Below are positions 27,444 to 40,800 of a stretch of DNA of 64,000 nucleotides, one piece after another (position 1 is the stretch's first letter; each line of letters opens with the position of its first letter). The position numbers were made by a program, and so were the translations under genes. The stretch is from Bugula neritina (lineage: Eukaryota; Animalia; Bryozoa), in contig OZ037769.1 in NCBI GenBank assembly GCA_964035545.1, forward strand, positions 17,514,633 to 17,578,632, written 5' to 3'. A model generated the notes under the pieces. That model had not been told where the DNA came from. It searched no databases and saw only the letters and a program-made list of their open reading frames with translations.

Positions 27444-28769
27444 CTGTCTGGTAACAGAGTTAGGCGATAATTAGCAATCAGTAACAAGACTTACTATTTA
27501 TTTTGAGTGAGTGCAATAAATATAATTATATTAACTTTCAATCAAGAGAATCCGACTAGCTCAAAGTCTACGCTAGAGTCAGGCTAAAAGTGATTCGTGA
27601 TCAGTAAGATTCATACTTAAAGTTATTGTTACTGTTAGACTTGCAGTTGTAGTTATACTATTAGGATTGCTTAGTCATAGTGATATTGATAATATTAGTA
27701 TTACTGCTACTCATAATCATAATGAAACAGATGATGAGGCCAACATAATATTAATATAAATATTGAGATTTTTTATCGTCTATTGCGGTCCTCTACTACT
27801 AGTACTAGTGCTAGCACTACTAACATAGTAATACTAATTACTAATACTAATAGTAATAGTAATACTAGAACTAAGAGCAATTCAGTATTTATTCAATCTA
27901 ATACTTCAAGTTTATCAAAAGGTATAAGCCTATCACTACAAATTGAAATATCAATTAGAATTATCATTATCATTATAATTAATATAATGAATCAAAAGAA
28001 TTAAGATTGACATTGATTATCATTATTCATTACTGATTATTATTGCGATAATAAGATTATCATTAGACATTACGATTATCATTATGATAAATCATTAAAT
28101 GGTTATCTTTAGCCTTTAGCCTTTAGGGCTAGGCTTAGCCTTAGGCTTATGTTATGACTATGAAGAAAATCAAAATGTATTAAGAATTTATTAATAAAAT
28201 ATTTTCTGATTCTATTTGAAAAAAATTATCTTTATACTAAAAAAATTTATGAGCCATAATGAGTCATAATGATTATTAAAACGATAATAACATATTATGA
28301 TACTATTTCATCAATTATTTATTTGTAATACTTAATCCAGACCGACGTGAATTTATAAGGCATGAGAATTGCTAGAAGCAGCATTGATTGGGAGTCATTG
28401 AGGGCAGTTTGTCTAGACGTGGTATAAAGAATTCAAACCTAACAACTAAAATCATTGCACTCAGTAACCATTAGTATTGTGTTCTTTCAAGCGATTTCCA
28501 TAAAGCACACGACCGTAGCCTTAGTGTTATTTTTCCATTCAGTGCAACAGCTATGTTTGTGCCGATGTATTGAGTAACAAATGAATACACAACTCCAGAA
28601 CTCATGTCATGGTCTGTTCAATTCACTTCAGTGCTGCGAGTGTATGTATGTATTACTTACAGTCAGATGTTATATTGGAAACCATATAATATTTGCAAGT
28701 AAATTGCATGTTTTATTAACTAAAAGCAATAAAACAGCATATATAACATCATTATCTATAAAGCTAATT

Positions 28770-30813
28770 CTAAAGTCCCTCGTCAAACACATCATCGTCA
28801 TAGGTCGTAGATATTTCAATATTCCCTTTACAATGTTGATATCTCTGGAAAGCCTCCAGTCGATCTCTGATCTCAGTTCTCTTCTTTCTCCTAGCCTCCA
28901 GCACCGACTCACAGGTCTCACTGTTGTCTTCGGGGATCGTCTCAGCCGCCCCGAGGTCAGACCCGCATGGCTGACCTTCACCTTTACCTGAGGCTACTCG
29001 CACCCCGTCGTCTCCACTCTCACCGGTAGCAAATGGCGTAGGCGCCGTGCCCACTCTATCGTCGTGGAAAGCGCTTGTTATCAGCTCATATTCGGCAGCC
29101 AGCAACTTCTGATTCATAAACTGATCTTCTCCTTGCAAGTCTTTCAAAGGTGAGACGGCGTCGTATACTGACCTCCTTTGTTCTGTCTCTTCTAGGACTG
29201 CGTTTCTCTGTACAACATAGTGATATACGCAGCTTCTTTAAACATATAACATATTATAGAAAGAAAACCTGTTTAATGAAGGTCATCGGCAAATACAACA
29301 CTTTCCTTCAACTGTGTATTATATTTTAGGGTTAGTAAAATAATTTAAACTTTGCTCTTAAATTATTTGTATTCTTATGAATATATATGCTAAGAGTTTA
29401 CAGGGTATGGTGTCTAATTACTAGTTTATAAGTTGAGATATGTTATAGTCAGTACTTTCGAACTATACACTGTAGTATGTATAGTATACACCGTAGTATG
29501 TATAGTATACACTGTAGTATGTGTAGTACACACTGTAGTATAGTACAGTATACACTGTAGTATGTGTAGTATACACTGTAGTATAGTATAGCACACTGTA
29601 GTATAGTATAGCACACTGTAGTATAGTAGAGCACACTGACCCAGCCCCCTGAGCTCACTATCCAGCTATGCATATGCTGACTGAGAAAGTGAGCTCCCAT
29701 CATCATCAGATCTGAACTTCTCTGTAAGTGTCCAGGTTTTCTGTTTCTGCTGACTCGGGAGACTAAGTCAGCAGTGAACTCCAGTACCTGAGTAACAAAT
29801 ACTTTATATAATACTCCAGTACCTGAGTAACAAATACTTTATATAATACTCCAGTACCTGAGTAACAAATACTTTATATAATACTCCAGTACCTGAGTAA
29901 CAAATACTTTATATAATACTCCAGGACCTGAGTAACAAATACTTTATATAATACTCCAGTACCTGAGTAACAAATACTTTATATAATACTCCAGTACCTG
30001 AGTAACAAATACTTTATATAATACTCCAGTACCTGAGTAATAAATACTTTATATAATAACTCCAGTACCCGAGTAACAAATACTTTATATAATACTCCAG
30101 TACCTGAGTAACAAATACTTTATATAATACTCCAGGACCTGAGTAACAAATACTTTATATAATACTCCAATACCTGAGTAATAAATACTTTATATAATAC
30201 TCCACGACCTGAGTAACCAATACTTTACTCACCATCACTACTCTGTCCCAGCTGATTTCCTCCCCACTGGGGATCAAGTAACTCAACAGGATTGTGTCAT
30301 AGTTGACCCGCGCCTTCCCTTCCCCAACTGAGGGGCTGATAATCATATCTATTTCGGACTTCCACACTTTGAAGACGTGATCATAGTGTTCGGCAATGAC
30401 ACACTTCAGAAAGTTACCTGCAAGCCATGAGTGCAAAGCCACACATGTTTTAGTGGAAATATAGCTAGTCTGCGTTAAGTTAGAGGAAATAGTCTGCGTT
30501 AGTTTAGAGGAAATAAATAGCTAGTCTACTTTTTAAGATTAGTAGTCTGTGTGATCAGAAGTTATCCATTCACGAGAAACTAATATTGGCAGTTCATTGC
30601 TTACAACATATTAGAGTTGCATTCTCTTACCAATCTTCTTTAGTTTCAAGATAGTTTGAGTTTTCTCACAACTGTCCTTTCCTAGCCCTAAACTCTCCAG
30701 GTGGGAGATGACACACGACAGCTTGCTCTCTATCTTATTACCCTCTTTTAAACTGAAAACAATGCAAGTTAGAGGTCAGTGCTGAAGTTGTGTAATATAT
30801 ATTACACAGGTAG

Positions 30814-30855
<42 letters not shown>

Positions 30856-33800
30856 CTACTTGTGTAACATATACTACTATCTGTGTAACATATATTACTA
30901 CCTGTGTAATATATATTACTACCTGTGTAATATATATGCCGAGAGAATGCCATGATGCTCAGCTCTCACTTTCTCATAGCGATGGTCCCGGGAAAGATGT
31001 CTAGAGTTGAACTTTTCAAATAGACATTCAGAAGTGTTGAGGCTGGAAGTGTTGGCGGGGGAGGCAGCAGCAGCCGGGGAGACAATTACGCTGTCGCTGC
31101 ATGAGTCAGCCGTACTGGACACAGGAATGTCAAACACTTCTTTGAACATCATCTTACTGACAGCACATTCAAAGGCTGCCTACAGGTACATATGTGGTAC
31201 TATATACTACAGGTACATATGTGGTACTATATACTACAGGTACATATGTGGTACTATATATTATAGGTATATATGATACTATATATTACAGGTATATATA
31301 ATACTACATATTGCAGGTATATATAATACTATATATTACAGGTATATATCATACTATGTAATACAGTTATATATATGATACTATATATTACCCAATCTCC
31401 ATTGTCGTGGATCCAACTGATAGCAAAACGTTCGATGAACTGGACACAAGCCGCCACCAAACTCGCTACTCGTTTACCACTCAGAATACTGAATTCATTA
31501 GCAGTTACCGTGTAGGTAATGAGTTCTTCAGTGTAGGAGATACTCTACAGAGAGTATATATATATGATATACTCTACAGAGAGTATATATATATGATATA
31601 CTCTACAGAGAGTATATATATGATACACTCTACAGAGAGTATATATATGATATACTCTACAGAGAGTATATATAGGGTATACTCTACAGAGAGTATATAT
31701 ATGATATACTGTATGCTAATAACTATTCAGTGTATGATATATTATGCAACTAGGTTACTAACTATACTCTAATGTTTATCTGTTACCGTGACAACCCTGT
31801 CCCAGCTCATCCTCTCCTTCCTGTCAGTCAACCAGTTCCTCAGGAGCTCCAGATATGCAGCCTTTATTCTGTTCTCTGAACACTTGCGGTTCGAGAGGAG
31901 CTCTTCTATTCTGTGTGTCTTTTCCCCCAACCGGATCACATTTGACTTGAAATATCGGGCTAAGATTGTCCCTGTAGAATATCATATTACTCTGTATTAC
32001 ATTACTCTGTATTATATTACTCTGTATCATATTACTCTGTATTATATTACTCTGTATCATATTACTCTGTATTATATTACTCTGTATTACATTACTCTGT
32101 ATTATATTACTCTGTATCATATTACTCTGTATTATATTACTCTGTATTATATTACTCTGTATTATATTACTCTGTATTATATACTCTGTATTGTATTACT
32201 CTGTATTATATTACTCTGTATTATATTACTCTGTATCATATTACTCTGTATTATATTACTCTGTATCATATTACTCTGTATTATATTTCTCTGTATCATA
32301 TTACTCTGTATTATATTACTCTGTATTATATTACTCTGTATTATATTACTCTGTATTATATTACTCTGTATCATATTACTCTGTATCATATTACTCTGTA
32401 TTATATATACTCTGTATTATATTACTCTGTATTATATTACTCTGTATTATATTACTCTGTATTATATATACTCTGTATTATATTACTCTGTATCATATTA
32501 CTCTGTATTATATTACTCTGTATTATATTACTCTGTATCGTATTACTCTGTATTATATTACTCTGTATCATATTACTCTGTATTATATTACTATGTATTA
32601 TATATACTCTGTATTATATTACTCTGTATTATATTACTCTGTATTATATTACTCTGTATTATATTACTCTGTATCATATTACTCTGTATCATATTGCTCT
32701 GTATTATATTACTCTGTATCATATTACTCTGTATCATATTACTCTGTATTATATTACTCTGTATTACATTACTCTGTATTATATTACTCTGTATTATATA
32801 TACTCTGTATTATATTACTCTGTATCATATTACTCTGTATTATATTACTCTGTATTATATTACTCTGTATCGTATTACTCTGTATTATATTACTCTGTAT
32901 CATATTACTCTGTATTATATTACTCTGTATTATATATACTCTGTATTATATTACTCTGTATTATATTACTCTGTATTATATTACTCTGTATTATATTACT
33001 CTGTATCATATTACTCTGTATCATATTGCTCTGTATTATATTACTCTGTATCATATTACTCTGTATCATATTACTCTGTATTATATTACTCTGTATTATA
33101 TTACTCTGTATCATATTACTCTGTATTATATTACTCTATATCATATTACTCTGTATTATATTACTCTGTATTATATTACCACTCACCATACTCTACGAGA
33201 GCTAGCATCAAGGGAGAGTTGTCATAGTTCGTCCTGTGCACTGGCAATACTTCACTCACTATTCTCTTCACCTGCACCGTATCGGCACTGCAATGACAAT
33301 CTACAGCTCATATACGTAATCTATAGAATACACTCTACTAAGTTAATTTATCTGCAGAATACACTCACAGGAGAGACAACTCCCTGTTATATATAGTAAC
33401 GGTGAGAGAGTAGTGACAACTCCCTGTTATATATAGTACCACTGAGAGAGTAGAGACAACTCCCTGTTATATATAATAACACTGAGAGAGTAGAGACAAC
33501 TCCCTGTTATATATAATAACACTGAGAGAGTAGTGACAACTCCCTGTTATATATAATAACACTGAGAGAGTAGTGACAACTCCCTGTTATATATAAGAAC
33601 ACTGAGAGAGTAGAGACAACTCCCTGTTATATATAATAACACTGAGAGAGTAGAGACAGCTAATAACACTGAGAGAGTGGAGACAACTCCCTGTTATATA
33701 TAATAACACTGAGAGAGTAGTGACAACTCCCTGTTATATATAGTAACACTGAGAGAGTAGAGACAACTCCCTGTTATATATAGTAACACTGAGAGAGTAG

Positions 33801-34257
33801 AGACAACTCCCTGTTATATATAATAACACTGAGAGAGTAGTGACAACTCCCTGTTATATATAGTAACACTGAGAGAGTGGAGACAACTCCCTGTTATATA
33901 TAATAACACTGAGAGAGTGGAGACAACTCCCTGTTATATATAATAACACTGAGAGAGTGGAGACAACTCCCTGTTATATATAATAACACTGAGAGAGTGG
34001 AGACAACTCCCTGTTATATATAATAACACTGAGAGAGTGGAGACAACTCCCTGTTATATATAATAACACTGAGAGAGTGGAGACAACTCCCTGTTATATA
34101 TAATAACACTGAGAGAGTAGAGACAGCTAATAACACTGAGAGATGTTTGATGATGTAACCATGACAACTGTTACTCAGCAAGAACGCATCTACACACACC
34201 TGCATCTGACGTAAGACCCGATGATGTCATATGTGTTGCTCTGTGTTGGTGACTCAT
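28770..34257 (-). CDS. BCL-2-family-like protein with two tandem BH domains, ~557 aa. Exons 34200-34257, 33369-33383 (putative microexon), 33187-33300, 31787-31971, 31392-31544, 30923-31179, 30631-30752, 30233-30417, 29641-29787, 28770-29207
   Basis: In-frame GT-AG model (1674 nt). Domain 1: LALVEYGTIL / MSWDRVVT / SWIHDNGDW. Domain 2: LKLKKIGNFL / ISWDRVVM / SWIVSSGGW. A phase-0 intron follows each BH2 Trp, as in BCL-2 family genes. The start codon is uncertain. Confidence 0.75.
29778..30226. repeat. 35-bp minisatellite made of acceptor site plus 10 nt of exon
   Basis: Minus-strand unit ATTATATAAAGTATTTGTTACTCAG|GTACTGGAGT, ~13 copies. Confidence 0.95.
31980..33178. repeat. Intronic minisatellite, 15-bp unit ATATTACTCTGTATT
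   Basis: Fills intron 31972-33186. Confidence 0.95.
33372..34141. repeat. Intronic minisatellite, 40-bp unit GAGACAACTCCCTGTTATATATAATAACACTGAGAGAGTA
   Basis: Roughly 19 copies; the unit contains the acceptor and start of the 33369-33383 microexon. Confidence 0.95.
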
Positions 34258-34477
34258 TTGAGGCAGCGCAAGACACCTGCTGACCCATGATTAGATCTTT
34301 TATTAATACTGACTGACTGACTGACTGACTGAAGTCTATCACTAGACTCAAATGTTTTCAACATTCCTCAAAGCCATAAACGTAATATTTGAAATATCTT
34401 ACATAACACAATATATTTTATATAATACTTTTAGTAATAATCAGCTGTTTGATAAACCATCCTATTTACAGCCTTTT

Positions 34478-34816
<339 letters not shown>

Positions 34817-36204
34817 TTATGTCAGTGCTAAAGCATATATTGTATGAAGCTCTGATATGTGCTAAAAGCATGTAGTCTCTAATAATATGCTGTTTCTGCA
34901 TCTCATAAACACAAGTTAATTGGAACAGGGCAGGAGAGTACAGACTGGAGTGAAATAATGTGCAGCATGTGGCATTCTGTAGCTACTTGATGGAGTATGC
35001 AGTGTGTTATATACTGTAGTATAATTATATATACTGTAGTATAATTATATATACTGTAGTATAATTATATTATATACTGCAGTATAATTACATATACTGT
35101 AGTATAATTATATATACTGTAGTATAATTACATATACTGTAGTATAATTATATATACTGTAGTATAATTATATTATATTATACTGTAGTATAATTATATA
35201 CTGTAGTATAGTATATATTATACAGAGCAGTATATCATGTATATTCATTCACGCTCCTGTATTGTAGTATAGACTTGTACGCTAGCACTTATGACTGTAT
35301 TTTGTTAGGGCACTAACCACAACACCCATTGGTTGAACGAGTTTGAACTGTGCTGAGGTTAGACTGAGCCTGGGACAGGTCAAAGGTCACATTCTTCACC
35401 TCGCTGAAATCAAGGCTACGGATTCAGCATTCATGACTCATTTACGCGGAGCAGACGGATGAGTTACAGCTGCAGACTGCTATAGCTACATGTTACTACA
35501 GCTACAGGCTACTACAGCTACATGTTACTACAGCTACAGGCTACTACAGCTACATGTTACTACAACTACAGGCTACTACAGGTATAACACTAGCTAATTA
35601 TTGTAGTAATGTGATTTTACATATGTACGTACATTTCTTCTCCAGTCTAATAGTAATAGTAATACGGTAGCTGATTTGAATAGCGAAAATATTACATTAG
35701 ACTTAGTAATACCAATGCTATTAGTATTACTATCAATATTACTATTATAGTACCTATTAACTATAGTGCTAGCCACTAGGTCTAGTGCTTGTATGCACAT
35801 TCTCATAGTTATACTGATAGTCACACTATACTCAGTACTCGCACACTGACTCTGTACTCTGTACTCACACACTGACACTGTACTCTGTACTCACACACTG
35901 TACTCTGTACTCACACACTGTACTCCGTACTCACACACTGTATTCAGTACTCACACACTCTACTCAGTACTCACACACTGTACTCTGTACTCACACACTG
36001 TACTCTGTACTCACACACTCTACTCAGTACTCACATGAAGATATTTCAAGAACTAGTGATCATTGGGATATAATGTGATATTTAATCATAATATAGTAAT
36101 TCTATTTACTTACTTATTTATATCATTATATCATATACCGATTATTTTAGAATATGTTCAATCCTTTTGCTCTATTACTTGCTTGGTGAAAACGCTATAG
36201 AGCT

Positions 36205-36492
36205 GCTTAGTGTATACTCTCAGACTAGTTAGTGTATACTCTCAGACTAGTTAGTGTATACTCTCAGACTAGTTAGTGTATACTCTCAGACTAGTTAGTG
36301 TATAGTCTCAGACTAGTTAGTGTATACTCTCAGACTAGTTAGTGTATACTCTCAGACTACATAGTGTATACTCTCAGACTACATAGTGTATACTCTCAGA
36401 CTAGTTAGTGTATACTCTCAGACTAGTTAGTGTATACTCTCAGACTACACAGTGTATACTCTCAGACTAGTTAGTATATACTCTCAGACTAA
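36205..36492. repeat. Minisatellite, 22-bp unit TAGTGTATACTCTCAGACTAGT
   Basis: Tandem array; nearby distinct arrays at ~35000-35215, 35480-35580 and 35830-36035. Confidence 0.9.
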
Positions 36493-36689
36493 CTATTTCC
36501 GCTGGCATTTCTTTTATGGACTTGTCTTCTTTTTTGAATATTTTTTTAATCAAGTATTATTGACTGTACTTTTATTTGCAAAATTTAGTTCTGATTTATT
36601 TAAAAACATCATTTCAGTATAAAGTTTCACATTCAGACCTCTGAATTCATTTTGAAACTTATGCTGACTGCTACAGCTGCCTGTCTCAG

Positions 36690-36915
36690 TCATGCTGTCT
36701 CTCCTAGCTATGCTGACTCCCCTAGCTATGCTGTCTCTCCTAGCTATGCTGTCTCTCCTAGCTATGCTGTCTCCCCTAGCAATGCTGTCTCCCCTAGCAA
36801 TGCTGTCTCCCCTAGCAATGCTGTCTCTCCTAGCAATGCTGTCTCTCCTAGCTATGCTGTCTCCCCTAGCAATGCTGTCTCCCCTAGCAATGCTGTCTCT
36901 CCTAGCAATGCTGAC
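36690..36915. repeat. Minisatellite, 18-bp unit ATGCTGTCTCCCCTAGCA
   Basis: Tandem array. Confidence 0.9.
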
Positions 36916-37847
36916 TGCCATAGTCATGCTGCTGCCGTTCACTACACGAATTCGGGTCAGGCTGAAGTTGGTGCAGCATCCCTTATAAACCTGCTAGTCT
37001 AATGCCTTGCCTGAATTCTTTGTACCAACTTCTACTGTGTGGAAGGGCTGGACAGGAGTCCCCTACTGACTGCTCTGTGACTCAGTGTTTGTTTATAAAA
37101 CTAATTATTGTTTCATTAACATTGTTGGCTGCCTCTACTGCTGCCTCTACTTGCTGCTTCGAGTTGAATAATACAAGCTGCACACCTAGTGTACATTTCA
37201 CTGTTTACTTTACAATATTTATATACATTGTGCTGGCAGCCAGTTAACCTCTGACCTCAATTAATAACATATTATATTCTCATCTTGCTGTCTCCTAGAT
37301 GATAAACACTCGACATTCCTCACATAGCAGCTGCTGACACAGCGTACCATACAGTATATTATGCTGACACAGCATACCATACAGTATATTATGATGACCT
37401 GGCACCTAGGTGGCTGTCAACTGTCCATGGCATACCATGCAATATTTACCTGCGTTGTAGTGTAGTTATATATAAATTTACCTGCGGTGTAGCAACCAGT
37501 TACTTCTGTTATCATACAACTTATCTGTGGTATGTTAATTTTATTTGAGATCAGATGTAAGAATAGATTAAATTTTGGAAAATTTGACACAATTCCGCAC
37601 TGCAGCTGATATTAAGTTCTAAGACTAGCAAATCCCCCTTCTTGTCTAGTCTGAGTGCGCATGGTCTTAAGCTAACTTCTATTTTCTTAGGCTAAGCGAC
37701 TGACAGCTACTCCCAATTTTCCACAGATCTCACCTCTGAGGAAGTTACTGCAGATCTCACTTCTGAGGAAGTTACTGCAGATCTCACTTCTGAGGAAGTT
37801 ACTGCAGGACTATTGTCCGAGAAACCAGCTCGTAGCTTCTGTATTTC

Positions 37848-40800
37848 ATGGAGGGTTGCCAGAGTGGTGAGTCTTGGTAACACACTACTAACTAACAGTA
37901 CAACTCAGTGTATTACTATATACTACTAACTAACAGTACAACTTAGTGTATTACTATATACTACTAACTAACAGTACAACTCAGTGTATTACTATATACT
38001 ACTAACTAACAGTACAACTTAGTGTATTACTATATACTACTAACTAACAGTACAACTCAGTGTATTACTATATACTACTAGCTAACAGTACAACTCAGTG
38101 TATTACTATATACTACTAACTAACAGTACAACTCAGTGTATAACTATATACTACTAACAGTACAACTTAGTGTATTACTATATACTACTAGCTAACAGTA
38201 CAACTCAGTGTATTACTATATACTACTAACTAACAGTACAACTCAGTGTATTACTATATACTACTGACTAACAGTACAACTCAGTGTATTACTATATACT
38301 ACTGACTAACAGTACAACTCAGTGTATTACTATATACTACTAACTAACAGTACAACTTAGTGTATTACTATATACTACTAACTAACAGTACAACGTAGTG
38401 TATTACTATATATATGTATATATAGAAGACGTCCCTGTAGCAAAGTCCCCGAGTAGAAGAAGGTGGATGAAGAGACTGAGTGAGAGATATGGAGATGATT
38501 GGTCGATATCCTCTGCCACAGACGATGATACTCCGCACAGAGACAGTCTGGGGACAGCTCAGCTCTCCATCCATTCAGGTAATACAACACTCCTGTACCT
38601 GTTCATGTTCTCGCACCACTTTTATTCAACTGGAGTTAAAAGCAGATGTTAGTAAGAAAACCCGAATCCAATGCATTAGAATACGTTTTCCAGGAACAAG
38701 AGTGGAGAGTGACAACCTCTCAACAGACTACTCTGTCCCTCGGACCAGCAGCATCTCCTTATCTCTCGTCAGCAACGACAGGAGTGAACCAGATTACTCT
38801 GTAGAAGTGCTGGGCACTGAAGATACCACCGAGTACAATGTGGAGGTGCTTGAAGAGAAGTCTGCTACTGTAGAGATCCTTGGGGGAGAAGATGCTACTG
38901 TAGAGGTCCTTGGGGGAGAAGATGCTACTGTAGAGGTCCTTGGGGGAGAAGATGCTACTGTAGAGGTTCATGGAGGAGAAGATGCTACTGTAGAGGTCCT
39001 TGGAGGAGAAGATCCACCAGAAGAGTGGCACAGTTTGGCTAAAGATGGACAATCCGCAGTCTCTAAAGAAGAAGATGATTTGAGTGGGAAAGATGTGTGG
39101 AAGCTGAGAGAAAGAGACGACGACTGTTTGGAGGTTCATATCTGTTATTAAGTTTTTCAGACTAACAAAGCTCATATAACAATCTCCTAACCGTTGGTTG
39201 TATTGCAGGCTGACATGAAGAGAGTGACTGAAGGGTTGACAGATGCAAGTCTAGCTAGTGACGAGGAGTCTATAGACACATCCCGTGCTGGCTCCTTCAG
39301 GATGAGTTCTGAAAACTTTCTCTCAGCTGAAGTTACTGGACGGAGTTTACAGACGAGTAGGGAAGCAGATGTGGAGAGTTTGCTGGTTACTAGAGAGTCG
39401 GGTGTTGAGCACACAAGGCGTAAGAAGATTTCATCTCCTACTTCATTTCCTCCTGACTTCACTTCAATTAGGTATCTGCATGAGCACGTCAATTCCTTCC
39501 ATAATAAATATTATTGTAATACATGAGTTTATGAGAATCTGTCTAAACTGGTACAGAAGAATGTAACTTTTTAGCTGCTATATTTAAAGGTCATCGAAAG
39601 CCACAGAGCGTTTTGCCGAGAGAATGAAATCTATAGAACAACGAAATTCCACCAAGTCAAAGTCTCGGATGGCCCCTGTCATTGGAGCTTTAGGCAAATT
39701 CTCATCAGTTTTTCGAAAGTTTGAAACTCCAAAAATCCCAAATGCTACCAGAGAGTCGTCTGCTACCAGAGAGTCGTCTGCTACCAGGGAGTCGTCTGCC
39801 ACAGAGCAGAGCTCCACAACCATCTCCCCAGGAGAAACGAACTCAGAAACTCAGTCGGCTAGGAGTCAACAGTCTCAGACACCAAAGAAATTGCCCCGTA
39901 TTCCATATCCTTTATTCAGTGAGGCTGTGACCACGCCTCCCCCACCCGCTACATCTTTCACCAATGCCAGCTCCACCGCGCCAGAGAACACCAACACCCC
40001 AGATGTTGTGCCATCAGTTAGTTCTGCTCAGATTGGAAGCACGGTACAGAAAGTCAAGGTGAGATATGTATATATATGTATATATTGATACATACACAGC
40101 CATGTACTTGAATTGTAATATATGCATGAACAGTTCTGGTATTCAATCATCTCTTCCAGCTTGACCGACACGAGTTGAGCGGCCAGCACTTTGACATTGA
40201 CATAGTAATAAAACGAGACCCTCTCCCGGAAGGTTCTGGTTTGGCCCCAGACAGAGAGTACAGAGAGTACAGAGAGTACAGAGACCTGCCTACGGCAGCC
40301 ATCACACTCAGCAGAGATGAGGTGAGGGTGATGAAGGTTGAGTCAGCTCCCTCCATCTCTAGAACGATGACACCATCAAGTGTGGAGGAGGTGCTGACAG
40401 TGTGGGACACCAATGTGCCGGTTCATGACCCCAGTGAGAGGGTGATTCCCCCCACTAAGCTGCACGTCACGCAGCTAGTCCGAGCTCCAGCAACCAAACC
40501 AGAGACTTCACACAAAGCCACCCCTACCAAAGTCCTGGTAGGTCAAGCACCATCGCTAAACCAAGCTCGGCACGATTCAGGTGGAGCACAGAGAAGTCAT
40601 AATGCCACAGACAAGGTAGAGGTTGTGTTACAGTAGAGTTACACTGTATGTGTTACAGTAGAGTTACACTGTGTATGTTACAGTAGAGTTACACTGTGTA
40701 TGTTACAGTAGAGTTACACTGTGTGTGTTACAGTAGAGTTACACTGTGTGTGTTACAGTAGAGTTACACTGTGTGTGTTACAGTAGAGTTACACTGTGTG

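Noticed and set aside
29788-30232. De novo intron gain by AGGT tandem duplication
   Set aside because: The paralogous BCL-2 repeat has an intron at the same position and phase, so the intron predates the array.
7338-33396. Many long Y/I/L/C/T-rich ORFs in the ORF track (e.g. 7846-8490, 17413-18219, 23924-25099, 31788-33227)
   Set aside because: They are translations of intronic minisatellites, sometimes fused to one real exon, and not proteins.
34200-34288. MGQQVSC N-myristoylation-like start for the BCL-2-like gene
   Set aside because: That frame ends in phase 2 and hits a stop in the downstream exon; only the MSHQ frame (phase 1) is compatible.
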